From contig OZ257142.1 of NCBI GenBank assembly GCA_965279035.1, forward strand, positions 2,176,001-2,240,000: a DNA stretch of 64,000 nucleotides. The letters are read 5' to 3'. Under the pieces are notes generated by a model. It was given only the letters and a program-made list of their open reading frames with translations. It was not told where the DNA came from and ran no database searches. A program made the position numbers and the translations under genes. Shown here piece by piece: positions 1-8,995 of this stretch (its first letter is position 1; each line of letters begins with the position of its first letter). Source of the DNA: Bacteroidia bacterium (GTDB lineage: Bacteria; Bacteroidota; Bacteroidia; M30B66).

Positions 1-2
1 TC

Positions 3-3000
3 AACTACAACTTGCCTCAAATTGATTTACTAGCTAATCCGATAAACTTTCAAGTGGCCCAATACAGCAATTTAGTTTGGCAAAATTTGAATTTGGGAAC
101 GATTACTCAAAACTCAATTCAAGCACTGAATGTAACAACTTCGGGAGAGTTCTATGTGGCTGAAGGAAGTTCTCCATTACAAGGTGCTGCACTTAATTTC
201 TCTGGTTATACGAATATTGTTCAAGGTCCTGATCAACTCATTCCGAATTCAAGTAATCCCTATTCTGTATCAATATGGGCTCGAACTGATCAAGTTGTTC
301 CTGGAGTATTTAGCACCTTTATTTCTCAAGGACGTAAATTCTATCTTGGTTACGATCAATATGGAAAGATTCGAGTTGGTGATGATTGGTTGACTACTGT
401 TCCTTTTCCTACGGATGGATTGTGGCATAATTACTTGGTTGTTCGAAATACAAATTCAACTGAATTGTATATCGACGGCGCTTTAGCTGCATCAATCGAT
501 TATTCTATATCTAATCCAGAACCTGTAAATGATGATCCGGTTGCTAGATTTTATATTGGTGGACAATGGTTTGGACCAAGTGTAGAAAATTGGCAAGGTG
601 ATATTGATGAGTTATTAGTGTGGAATCGTCCTTTATGTGCAAATGAAATTGCAGATCGTTATCATTGTGAAGTTTCATTTGGACTACCTGGACTTATAGC
701 AGCTTATAATTTCAATGAGGGAATTGCCAATGGTTCTAATGCTAATGTTGTTCAAGTTCCAGATCATTCGGGAAATAACAATAACGCCACCTTGATCAAT
801 TTTGCACTTGAAGGAAACAGCTCAAACTGGGTTCCAGTTGGTGGAGTTTTTTCGGGAGAAAACTGTTCCGGCATGGAATCGATTATGATCTATCGTGATG
901 CGGATAACGATGGCTTTGGTAATTTCAATAATTTCATGTGGATTAATGGTGCATGTACTATTCCATATGGATATACTTACGATTACGATGATTGTGATGA
1001 TGAGAATTCGAATGTCAACCCTAACGCTGTGGAATTCTGTGATGGTATTGATAATAATTGTTCAGGGACTGCTGATGAAAACAATGCATTATCGTTTGAT
1101 GGAGCGAATGATTACGTAACCATTCCAGAATTCAGCATCGGATCAAATCCTTTCACTATCGAATTCTGGACACGCCCTGAATTATGGCCTAATAATGAAG
1201 CTTATTTAGTAAGCAACCGAACTTTCGAATTCGATAATGTGGGGAATTGGTACCGAATCAGTATGTTATCTACTGGTCATATTGGTGTTGAATTCGGATT
1301 GTCAAATCAAGCTGTTGGGTTGAATTTGATTTCTTCTTCTATCGTACCTGTTGGTATGTGGAGCCATATTGCATTGAAACGCGATGCTCAAAATAAAGTA
1401 AGCTTATTCATCAACGGAAATCCAGAAGGTACAATCAACGATTTAGCTCGTAACTTCAGTTCATTAGATCATAACGTATGGATTGGAAGCTGGGGAGCAA
1501 TAAATCTTGCTTTTTATAATGGAACCATTGACGATTTACGATATTGGAACATAGCCCGAACAGACTTAGAAATTCGAAGTAACCAAGTAGCTAATTTTGC
1601 TCAAGTTGATGGTTTACTGAGGAATTATACTTTCAACCAAGGCGGAGCAGGTGGTGAAAATGGTGCAGTTACAACTCTGATTGATTTAGTGAATAATGAA
1701 AATGGTAGTCTAAACAATTTTGCATTAAGTAGTGATGTTTCTGGAAGTAATTGGGTAGGTTCATATTCGACAGTTGTTTATCCAGATATAGATGGCGATG
1801 GTTATGGAGATGAAGCGAATTACATCGAAGTTAATTCTGCTTGTCAGGTTCCTTTAAATTACATTTCCTATGGTCATGATTGTGATGATCAAAATTCTGC
1901 AGTGAATCCTGATGCAACTGAAATTGCAAACGGAATTGATGATAATTGTAATGATCAAATAGATGAAAACATCGCTTGTAATATCAGCCTTTCTGGGGCA
2001 AGTGGTGACAGTCTTATCGTTTGTTTAGAGAATAATCAAAATACAGGAAATGTTCATTTAGTAGTTTCTGGAGGAGCGGCACCTTATACATTCAGTGGTG
2101 CTGATACATTGAATTTAACTTCGGGTGTTTACCAATATCAAGTAATTGATGCGAATGGTTGTCAAGCAAACACCTCGGTTGAAGTCATTGTTACACATTG
2201 TATCATTCCATATTATCAACCACCTGTAAACGATACCATCAGTAATCTCATTGGTTCTGAACTTACACAGTTATTCTATTATCCTGAAAGCTTTGCTGAT
2301 TCGACAACTGCTAATGAGATTTTCCTAATCAGTGATGTGGAAGGTGAAGTATTGATTGAAATTATCGCCAATAACGGACAATACGATGCCCTTCTTGCTT
2401 TATTGCAAACTCCTGCATACGGCTTACACGATACGATCGACAATGGTGATAGTACATTAATCATTAGTGGTTTATTTCCAATAGCCAATTTGATCAAACT
2501 CGATTCACTTCCCGAACTCATCAACTACGTTCGTCCTTACTATTCACCTATCAATGGAAATTTTGCTTCTACTGGTTTGACTAAAACTCAAGGAGATTTG
2601 GTGATGGGTGGAGTAGATGCTAAAAACGGATGGGAAGTTTCGGGGCAAGGAGTAAAAGTGGGTGTTTTATCGGATAGTTATAATACTAAAACAGGTAATA
2701 AAGCTGCCTTAGATGTAATAAATGGTGATTTACCGGGAACAGGAAATCCCAATTATATTCAACCAGTTGTTGTAACGGGAGAATATAATTTTGGTCGCGC
2801 TTCGGATGAAGGACGAGCCATGTTGCAAATCATTCACGATGTAGCTCCCAATGCTGAATTATACTTCCGTACCGGATTTATTTCACCTGGTAACTTTGCT
2901 GAAGGAATCAAGGAATTAGCTGATTCGGGTTGTAAAGTGATTGTTGATGACATCACCTACATTACCGAACCTTATTATCAAGATGGGGTAATTGCTCAAG

Positions 3001-6000
3001 CGGTTGAACAAGTTTCTTCTTTAGGTGTGAATTACTTTACTTCTGCAGGAAATTTCGGATCTCAATCATATGAAGGAGTTTTTACTCAAACTACAGCACC
3101 ATCTGGATACACCGGACTAGCTCATAATTATGGAGGGGGAGATGTATATCAAAGCATTACACTTGAAAAAGGAACTTATACTATTGCGCTCCAATGGGAA
3201 GATGAATTCTATTCTTTAGGCCAATCCAATGGTGCACAAAACGACCTCGATATTTATTTGGTTGATCAGTTCGGTAATCGTTTATTTGGTTTCAACCGAA
3301 ATAATTTGGGAGGTGATCCACTTGAAATACTTCCTTTTGTTGTCAAGGCAACTATTGATGCAAACTTGATTGTGACTCGTAAATCAGGTTCTGGTAATGT
3401 GAAATTTAAATACATAGTATTTAGAGGTAATCTCAAATTTAATGAACATGAACAAGGAACATCCACTGTCGTTGCTCAAGCCAATGCAGCAAGTGCTATG
3501 TCGGTAGGTGCGGTTCTTTATAGCAATACTCCTTCATATGGTGTAAATCCACCAACACCTGCTAGTTTTTCTTCACGTGGTGGATTATTAATCAATGGAA
3601 TTGATCGTCAGAAACCAGATTTCTGTGCACCGAATGGTGTTAACACGACCGTTAATTTTGGTGGAGTAAATATCGATGGTGATGCTTTCCCTAATTTCTT
3701 CGGAACATCTGCAGCTGCTCCACATGCGGCTGGTGCTGCAGCTTTGATTCAGGAAGCGACCATGCGATTTGATTCTATTCATCTTTCTGGTTCGGAAATG
3801 AAAGCAGTTCTAAAATCATCCGCTTTAGATATGGTATCACCTGGCTATGATGTTGCTTCTGGTAGTGGTTTTATTCGTGTAAGTAATGCCCTACAACAAT
3901 TTGCCAATCCTCGTCCAGACTTGCAGTCTATTGAATTATCGGATTCTACTTTGACTCCTGGAGAAGATCCTATCTCAGTTATTTTCAAAGGTAATTATTT
4001 CAATCCCAACGCCAGTATCATTTTCCAATACGATACTATTCCAGTTCAATTCCTAAGTGATTCGCAATTAGTTGCTCAGATTCCCCAATTTGTTGGAAAT
4101 CCTCCAATAACCATTTACAATCCTGCTATCTCAAATAATGGGAACGATGGTGGTATAAGCGATTCGCTTTATTTTTTCGGAAATATTCCACTTAATGTGG
4201 TTGTGAAAGTGAATGATGCTGTGAAACTCTATGGGGAAAAAATACCTGCATATGAAGTAGCAATTTCCGTTAATAATCAACCTTTAGCTTCCACCGGTTT
4301 ATCGCTCGAACAATTAGGATTAGATGATTTAACATTTAGTTCTTCGTCAACTAATCTTTCCAATGTTGGATTGTATTACCGCCGTGCACATTCCAATGTG
4401 ACTGATTTAAGTTTGTTTTCAAGTCAGCAATTGGCTCAATTATACAACTACCAGTTTATTGATGGATTGCTGACTATTAATCGCATGCCACTTCAAGTTA
4501 CACCGCGCGATACAAGTTTAGTTTACGGTGCATCTATCAACGGAAAAGCAATTGGTTTTCATTACGAGTATGATCATACGAATGTAGATCCGATGGATCA
4601 AAGTGTTTTGCTTGATTCAATTGAAACTACACATCAATCAACAATTTCTCGAAGTGTAATTTTGGTAGATGGCCGTCGCGCTGTGAATGGTCGAATCTTA
4701 ACTGATTCAGATTTGTTAAACATGAGTTTCCTTGCGAGTGGACGAGTTTCTGATAATGCCTTGTCTGTTTCAAATGGACGTCGAGCTGTGAACGGAATTA
4801 CATTCGATACCACATCCTTTGTTCCTCTTGCTTCAGAAGCCATTTTCGATTACCAAATTGATGATGCAAATTCAACGATTTACAATGCTATCTCTCTGGC
4901 GAATGGTCGACGAGCTGTAAATGGTATTGCGGCTGCCAATGGTCGTAGAGCAGTAAATGGAGAAGTATTGATAAATGGTCGACGTGCAGTAAATGGACGT
5001 CGTGCTGTGAATGGTCGACGTGCTGTTAATAGCAGCACATTCAACGAAAACAGTAACGATAATGCAGTTGTATTGCTCGATTCTCTTGATGCAGAAGATT
5101 CGGATGGTGATAATACAGTAGCGAACGATTCCATTGTTGGATATACTTCCATGAACCTCATTACAGGAGTTACAGTTGGAAACTGGCTTATTGCTCCAGG
5201 TGTTTTGATGTCCGAAAACTTTACGATTTCATACGGATTAGGTCATTTAACAATTACTCCAGAAACACTTGAGGTAAAAGCAAACAATCAGGTTAAAACG
5301 TGTTCTTCGGGAATGCCAACGTTTACATCTGTCCAAGAGATATATCAATATGAACAAGCCGACAGTACTGTTATTGCTAGCGGTCCCGACTTTTCTTTAG
5401 TGAACAATGCAGGTGAAATTGTTTTACCAGCCAATTTGGTTGCTGGAACATATCAGATTGTACCAAGTAATGTGGTATTGATCGATTCCATGGCGAATTA
5501 TCAGCTTGTCTATATTCCAGGAACACTTACGGTAAGTGATGGTCCGAATGCAAAAGCTACAGAAGGACAAATAAGCTGCTTTGGTGGAACTACAACAGTA
5601 AACGTCACAGCAACTGGAGGTACAGCTCCATATACTGGAACAGGTTTGAAAACGGTTTCAGCTGGAGTATATAGTTTTACAGTGACTGATGCGAATGGTT
5701 GTACTTCAGTAGTGAGTGGAAACATCAGCCAACCAACAGCCTTGCAAGCATCGGGTGTAGCTGGAACCATTGCATGCTTTGGCGGAACAACAACGGTAAA
5801 TGTTACTGCTACAGGTGGAACTGCACCATACACGGGAACGGGATTAAAAACTGTTTCAGTTGGAGCGTATAGTTTCACTGTGACTGATGCGAATGGATGT
5901 ACTTCGGTTGTGAGTGGAAACATCAGCCAACCAACAGCATTACAAGCATCAGGCGTAGCTGGAACCATTGCATGCTTTGGCGGAACTACAACTGTTAGTG

Positions 6001-8882
6001 TTACTGCAACAGGTGGAACAGCACCATACACAGGAACAGGATTGAAAACGGTTTCGGCTGGAGCGTATAGTTTTACAGTGACTGATGCCAATGGATGTAC
6101 TTCGGTTGCGAGTGGAAACATCAGCCAACCAACGGCATTACAAGCATCAGGCGTAGCCGGAACTATTGCTTGCTATGGCGGAACAACAACTGTTAACATA
6201 ACAGCAACGGGCGGAACAGCACCATACACGGGAACTGGTTTGAAAACGGTTTCAGCTGGAGCATATAGTTTCACCGTGACAGATGCTCGCGGATGTACTT
6301 CGGTTGTGAGTGGAAACATCACCCAACCAACAGCATTACAAGCATCGGGAGTATTCGGAACAATTGCCTGCTATGGCGGAACAACAACTGTTAACATAAC
6401 AGCAACGGGCGGAACAGCACCATACACGGGAACTGGTTTGAAAACGGTTTCAGCTGGAGCATATAGTTTCACCGTGACAGATGCTCGCGGATGTACTTCG
6501 GTTGTGAGTGGAAACATCACCCAACCAACAGCATTACAAGCATCGGGAGTATTCGGAACAATTGCCTGCTATGGCGGAACAACAACTGTTAACATAACAG
6601 CAACGGGCGGAACAGCACCATACACGGGAACTGGTTTGAAAACGGTTTCAGCTGGAGAATATAGTTTCACCGTGACAGATGCTCGCGGATGTACTTCGGT
6701 TGTGAGTGGAAACATCACCCAACCAACAGCATTACAAGCATCGGGAGTATTCGGAACAATTGCCTGCTATGGCGGAACAACAACTGTTAACATAACAGCA
6801 ACGGGCGGAACAGCACCATACACGGGAACTGGTTTGAAAACGGTTTCAGCTGGAGCATATAGTTTCACCGTGACAGATGCTCGTGGATGTACTTCGGTTG
6901 TGAGTGGAAACATCACCCAACCAACAGCATTACAAGCATCGGGAGTAGTCGGAACAATTGCCTGCTATGGCGGAACAACAACGGTAAATGTTACTGCTAC
7001 AGGCGGAACAGCACCATACACAGGAACAGGTTTGAAAACAGTTTCGGCTGGAGCATATAGTTTTACTGTGACAGATGCTCGCGGATGTACTTCGGTAGTG
7101 AGTGGAAACATCAGTCAACCAACAGCTTTACAAGCATCGGGCGTAGTCGGAACAATTGCCTGCTATGGCGGAACAACAACGGTAAATGTAAGTGCAACAG
7201 GTGGAACAGCACCATACACTGGAACAGGATTGAAAACGGTATCGGCTGGAGCATATAGTTTCACCGTGACAGATGCTCATGGATGTACCAAAACTGTCAC
7301 AGGAACGATTACACAACCAACAGCTTTACAAGCAACAGCAAGCGGTTCAATTGCATGTGCAGGCGGAAAAGCTACTGTTGTTGTTACAGCAAGTGGAGGT
7401 ACAGCTCCATATACTGGAACTGGAACGTTTAACAATCAAACAGCTGGATTGAAAACATATACTGTAACAGATTCTCGAGGTTGTACCAAAGTAGTGACTT
7501 TGAATTTAGTGAATCCATCACCATTAACTATTTCGGCTAGTAGTACACCAGCAAGTTGTGGTTTAAGTAATGGAACCGCAACAGTATCTACAAATAACTG
7601 TACTGGAAGCTTTACGTATTTGTGGATGCCTGGTAATAAAACGACACAAACAATTACTGGATTATCTGCCGGAACTTATACCGTTACAGTAACGAACAGT
7701 AGTGGATGTTCCGCGAATACAACAGTTGTAGTTGGAACACAATCTACTTCGCTAACTGCAACTACTACTCAAACAAATGCTAGTTTTTGGAATGCAAGCA
7801 ATGGTTCCGCCACAGTAAATGTGAGTGGTGGAGTTGCGCCTTACACTTACAGTTGGAATACAAATCCAGTTCAAACAACTCAAACTGCCACTGGATTAAG
7901 TTATCGCAGTCAAGGTTATACTGTTACAGTTTCTTCTTCAAATGGTTGCAGTATTACTAAAACGGTGATGATCACTCAGCCTTCTTATGTTTGTGGAAAT
8001 TATAACAAGTATACCGATGCAAAAGTGAATGGATGGGGAGCTATTCCAAACTGTAGCAATGTGGCGAACGACTGGTTGCATCCAAATTTCAGTACTGTTT
8101 TCCCTAGTGGAATTACCATCGGAAGTAATGGAAGAACGCTCTATTTCGGATGCGCTAAAGCGATTACGAATTATTTACCTGCAACAGGAACGGCAACTCG
8201 CTTAAATGCTGGTAATATCAATAATCCGAAAGCGAATAATTCTCCAACATATACTTCATTGCCTTGTGGTTCTTTAGGTGCAATTTATACCAATACACTT
8301 GCTTCAAAAACTTTGGCACTGGCATTAAATATTGGGTTTGATCAGGCTTATCCAAATTTCTCTCCTTCATCAACTGTAACATTTGGAGATTTGACATATA
8401 ATGCAGCTCCATTTAATGGTTGGAAATTCCGAGATATCTTAACCGAAGCCAATCGACTTTTAGGACAAGGTTTGATTAATGGACAAACCAATTCGTATTA
8501 TACAACAGTGGTTTCAGTTATCAATAATATCTTAACCGGTTGCAATACTACTTGTCCGCAAAATGTTTCTGCTCGTTTAAGCGATGAAGAAGAAGTGAGT
8601 GAAAATGAAGTAAACTTTATTCCTAACTCAATTTCATTATTCCCAAATCCAACCAATGATGTGGTTTATTTGAAACTGAATATTGGACAAGATGCTCAAA
8701 CAACTATTCGTATTTATGATATGAAAGGAGCTTTGGTACATCAGATTATTCTCGATGAACAAATTCCAACTGGCGAAAAACTGTTCGAAATTGAATGTCG
8801 AAATTGGGCACGAGGAATTTATTATGTTCGTTGTTCTATTGCAGACGAACAGCATGTTTTAAAACTTGTTCTGACTGATTAA
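3..8882 (+). CDS. Giant T9SS-secreted protease/adhesin, 5'-truncated: 2 LamG-like domains, 2 Cys/Asp metal-binding motifs, S8/S53-like serine protease, MBG-like domains, NGRRAV repeats, SprB-like repeats, type A CTD
   Basis: Frame is open from the window edge (AAC TAC AAC TTG), so TTG12 is probably not the true start. LamG motifs (WHNYLVVR...LYIDG; GTIDDLRYWN). Two DCDD..N..P.A.E...GIDxNC motifs. Protease motifs GVLSDSY, DEGRAM and GTSAAAPH. CTD starts LFPNPTND and ends KLVLTD. Confidence 0.9.
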   Translation, partial: NYNLPQIDLLANPINFQVAQYSNLVWQNLNLGTITQNSIQALNVTTSGEFYVAEGSSPLQGAALNFSGYTNIVQGPDQLIPNSSNPYSVSIWARTDQVVPGVFSTFISQGRKFYLGYDQYGKIRVGDDWLTTVPFPTDGLWHNYLVVRNTNSTELYIDGALAASIDYSISNPEPVNDDPVARFYIGGQWFGPSVENWQGDIDELLVWNRPLCANEIADRYHCEVSFGLPGLIAAYNFNEGIANGSNANVVQVPDHSGNNNNATLINFALEGNSSNWVPVGGVFSGENCSGMESIMIYRDADNDGFGNFNNFMWINGACTIPYGYTYDYDDCDDENSNVNPNAVEFCDGIDNNCSGTADENNALSFDGANDYVTIPEFSIGSNPFTIEFWTRPELWPNNEAYLVSNRTFEFDNVGNWYRISMLSTGHIGVEFGLSNQAVGLNLISSSIVPVGMWSHIALKRDAQNKVSLFINGNPEGTINDLARNFSSLDHNVWIGSWGAINLAFYNGTIDDLRYWNIARTDLEIRSNQVANFAQVDGLLRNYTFNQGGAGGENGAVTTLIDLVNNENGSLNNFALSSDVSGSNWVGSYSTVVYPDIDGDGYGDEANYIEVNSACQVPLNYISYGHDCDDQNSAVNPDATEIANGIDDNCNDQIDENIACNISLSGASGDSLIVCLENNQNTGNVHLVVSGGAAPYTFSGADTLNLTSGVYQYQVIDANGCQANTSVEVIVTHCIIPYYQPPVNDTISNLIGSELTQLFYYPESFADSTTANEIFLISDVEGEVLIEIIANNGQYDALLALLQTPAYGLHDTIDNGDSTLIISGLFPIANLIKLDSLPELINYVRPYYSPINGNFASTGLTKTQGDLVMGGVDAKNGWEVSGQGVKVGVLSDSYNTKTGNKAALDVINGDLPGTGNPNYIQPVVVTGEYNFGRASDEGRAMLQIIHDVAPNAELYFRTGFISPGNFAEGIKELADSGCKVIVDDITYITEPYYQDGVIAQAVEQVSSLGVNYFTSAGNFGSQSYEGVFTQTTAPSGYTGLAHNYGGGDVYQSITLEKGTYTIALQWEDEFYSLGQSNGAQNDLDIYLVDQFGNRLFGFNRNNLGGDPLEILPFVVKATIDANLIVTRKSGSGNVKFKYIVFRGNLKFNEHEQGTSTVVAQANAASAMSVGAVLYSNTPSYGVNPPTPASFSSRGGLLINGIDRQKPDFCAPNGVNTTVNFGGVNIDGDAFPNFFGTSAAAPHAAGAAALIQEATMRFDSIHLSGSEMKAVLKSSALDMVSPGYDVASGSGFIRVSNALQQFANPRPDLQSIELSDSTLTPGEDPISVIFKGNYFNPNASIIFQYDTIPVQFLSDSQLVAQIPQFVGNPPITIYNPAISNNGNDGGISDSLYFFGNIPLNVVVKVNDAVKLYGEKIPAYEVAISVNNQPLASTGLSLEQLGLDDLTFSSSSTNLSNVGLYYRRAHSNVTDLSLFSSQQLAQLYNYQFIDGLLTINRMPLQVTPRDTSLVYGASINGKAIGFHYEYDHTNVDPMDQSVLLDSIETTHQSTISRSVILVDGRRAVNGRILTDSDLLNMSFLASGRVSDNALSVSNGRRAVNGITFDTTSFVPLASEAIFDYQIDDANSTIYNAISLANGRRAVNGIAAANGRRAVNGEVLINGRRAVNGRRAVNGRRAVNSSTFNENSNDNAVVLLDSLDAEDSDGDNTVANDSIVGYTSMNLITGVTVGNWLIAPGVLMSENFTISYGLGHLTITPETLEVKANNQVKTCSSGMPTFTSVQEIYQYEQADSTVIASGPDFSLVNNAGEIVLPANLVAGTYQIVPSNVVLIDSMANYQLVYIPGTLTVSDGPNAKATEGQISCFGGTTTVNVTATGGTAPYTGTGLKTVSAGVYSFTVTDANGCTSVVSGNISQPTALQASGVAGTIACFGGTTTVNVTATGGTAPYTGTGLKTVSVGAYSFTVTDANGCTSVVSGNISQPTALQASGVAGTIACFGGTTTVSVTATGGTAPYTGTGLKTVSAGAYSFTVTDANGCTSVASGNISQPTALQASGVAGTIACYGGTTTVNITATGGTAPYTGTGLKTVSAGAYSFTVTDARGCTSVVSGNITQPTALQASGVFGTIACYGGTTTVNITATGGTAPYTGTGLKTVSAGAYSFTVTDARGCTSVVSGNITQPTALQASGVFGTIACYGGTTTVNITATGGTAPYTGTGLKTVSAGEYSFTVTDARGCTSVVSGNITQPTALQASGVFGTIACYGGTTTVNITATGGTAPYTGTGLKTVSAGAYSFTVTDARGCTSVVSGNITQPTALQASGVVGTIACYGGTTTVNVTATGGTAPYTGTGLKTVSAGAYSFTVTDARGCTSVVSGNISQPTALQASGVVGTIACYGGTTTVNVSATGGTAPYTGTGLKTVSAGAYSFTVTDAHGCTKTVTGTITQPTALQATASGSIACAGGKATVVVTASGGTAPYTGTGTFNNQTAGLKTYTVTDSRGCTKVVTLNLVNPSPLTISASSTPASCGLSNGTATVSTNNCTGSFTYLWMPGNKTTQTITGLSAGTYTVTVTNSSGCSANTTVVVGTQSTSLTATTTQTNASFWNASNGSATVNVSGGVAPYTYSWNTNPVQTTQTATGLSYRSQGYTVTVSSSNGCSITKTVMITQPSYVCGNYNKYTDAKVNGWGAIPNCSNVANDWLHPNFSTVFPSGITIGSNGRTLYFGCAKAITNYLPATGTATRLNAGNINNPKANNSPTYTSLPCGSLGAIYTNTLASKTLALALNIGFDQAYPNFSPSSTVTFGDLTYNAAPFNGWKFRDILTEANRLLGQGLINGQTNSYYTTVVSVINNILTGCNTTCPQNVSARLSDEEEVSENEVNFIPNSISLFPNPTNDVVYLKLNIGQDAQTTIRIYDMKGALVHQIILDEQIPTGEKLFEIECRNWARGIYYVRCSIADEQHVLKLVLTD
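4668..5030 (+). repeat. Seven coding (N/D)GRRAV hexapeptide repeats
   Basis: Copies at 4668 and 4773, then five within 4902-5030, the last three in perfect tandem. Codons differ synonymously between copies. Confidence 0.95.
5550..7340 (+). repeat. Tandem 198-bp (66-aa) SprB-like repeats, about 9 units
   Basis: QPTALQAS units start at 5730, 5928, 6126, 6324, 6522, 6720, 6918, 7116 and 7314. Motif C(F/Y)GG...GGTAPYTG...YSFTVTDAxGC. Confidence 0.95.
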
Positions 8883-8892
8883 ATTTTTACGA

Positions 8893-8926
8893 AAAGAAGA
8901 GAGGTTTTCCTCTCTTCTTTCATTTT
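8893..8926 (+). terminator. Intrinsic terminator-like hairpin
   Basis: AAAGAAGAGAGG-TTTT-CCTCTCTTCTTT, a perfect 12-bp stem 10 nt after the stop, followed by CATTTT. Confidence 0.8.
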
Positions 8927-8995
8927 CAGGCTATTTGTAAGCATGAATCAAAGAATTGAATCTTTTCATAGATTTACCACGGTGTAGATTATTGT

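Noticed and set aside
12-14. TTG at 12 as the start of the giant protease
   Set aside because: No signal peptide follows and the frame is open to the window edge; the gene likely starts upstream.
5510-6121. 203-aa antisense ORF and the many other short ORFs nested in long genes
   Set aside because: Shadow frames of repetitive or codon-biased sense genes with no independent motifs.
4902-7340. Tandem DNA repeats that could be taken for a CRISPR array
   Set aside because: Units are multiples of 3 (18 and 198 bp), in frame within a CDS, with no unique spacers and no cas genes.
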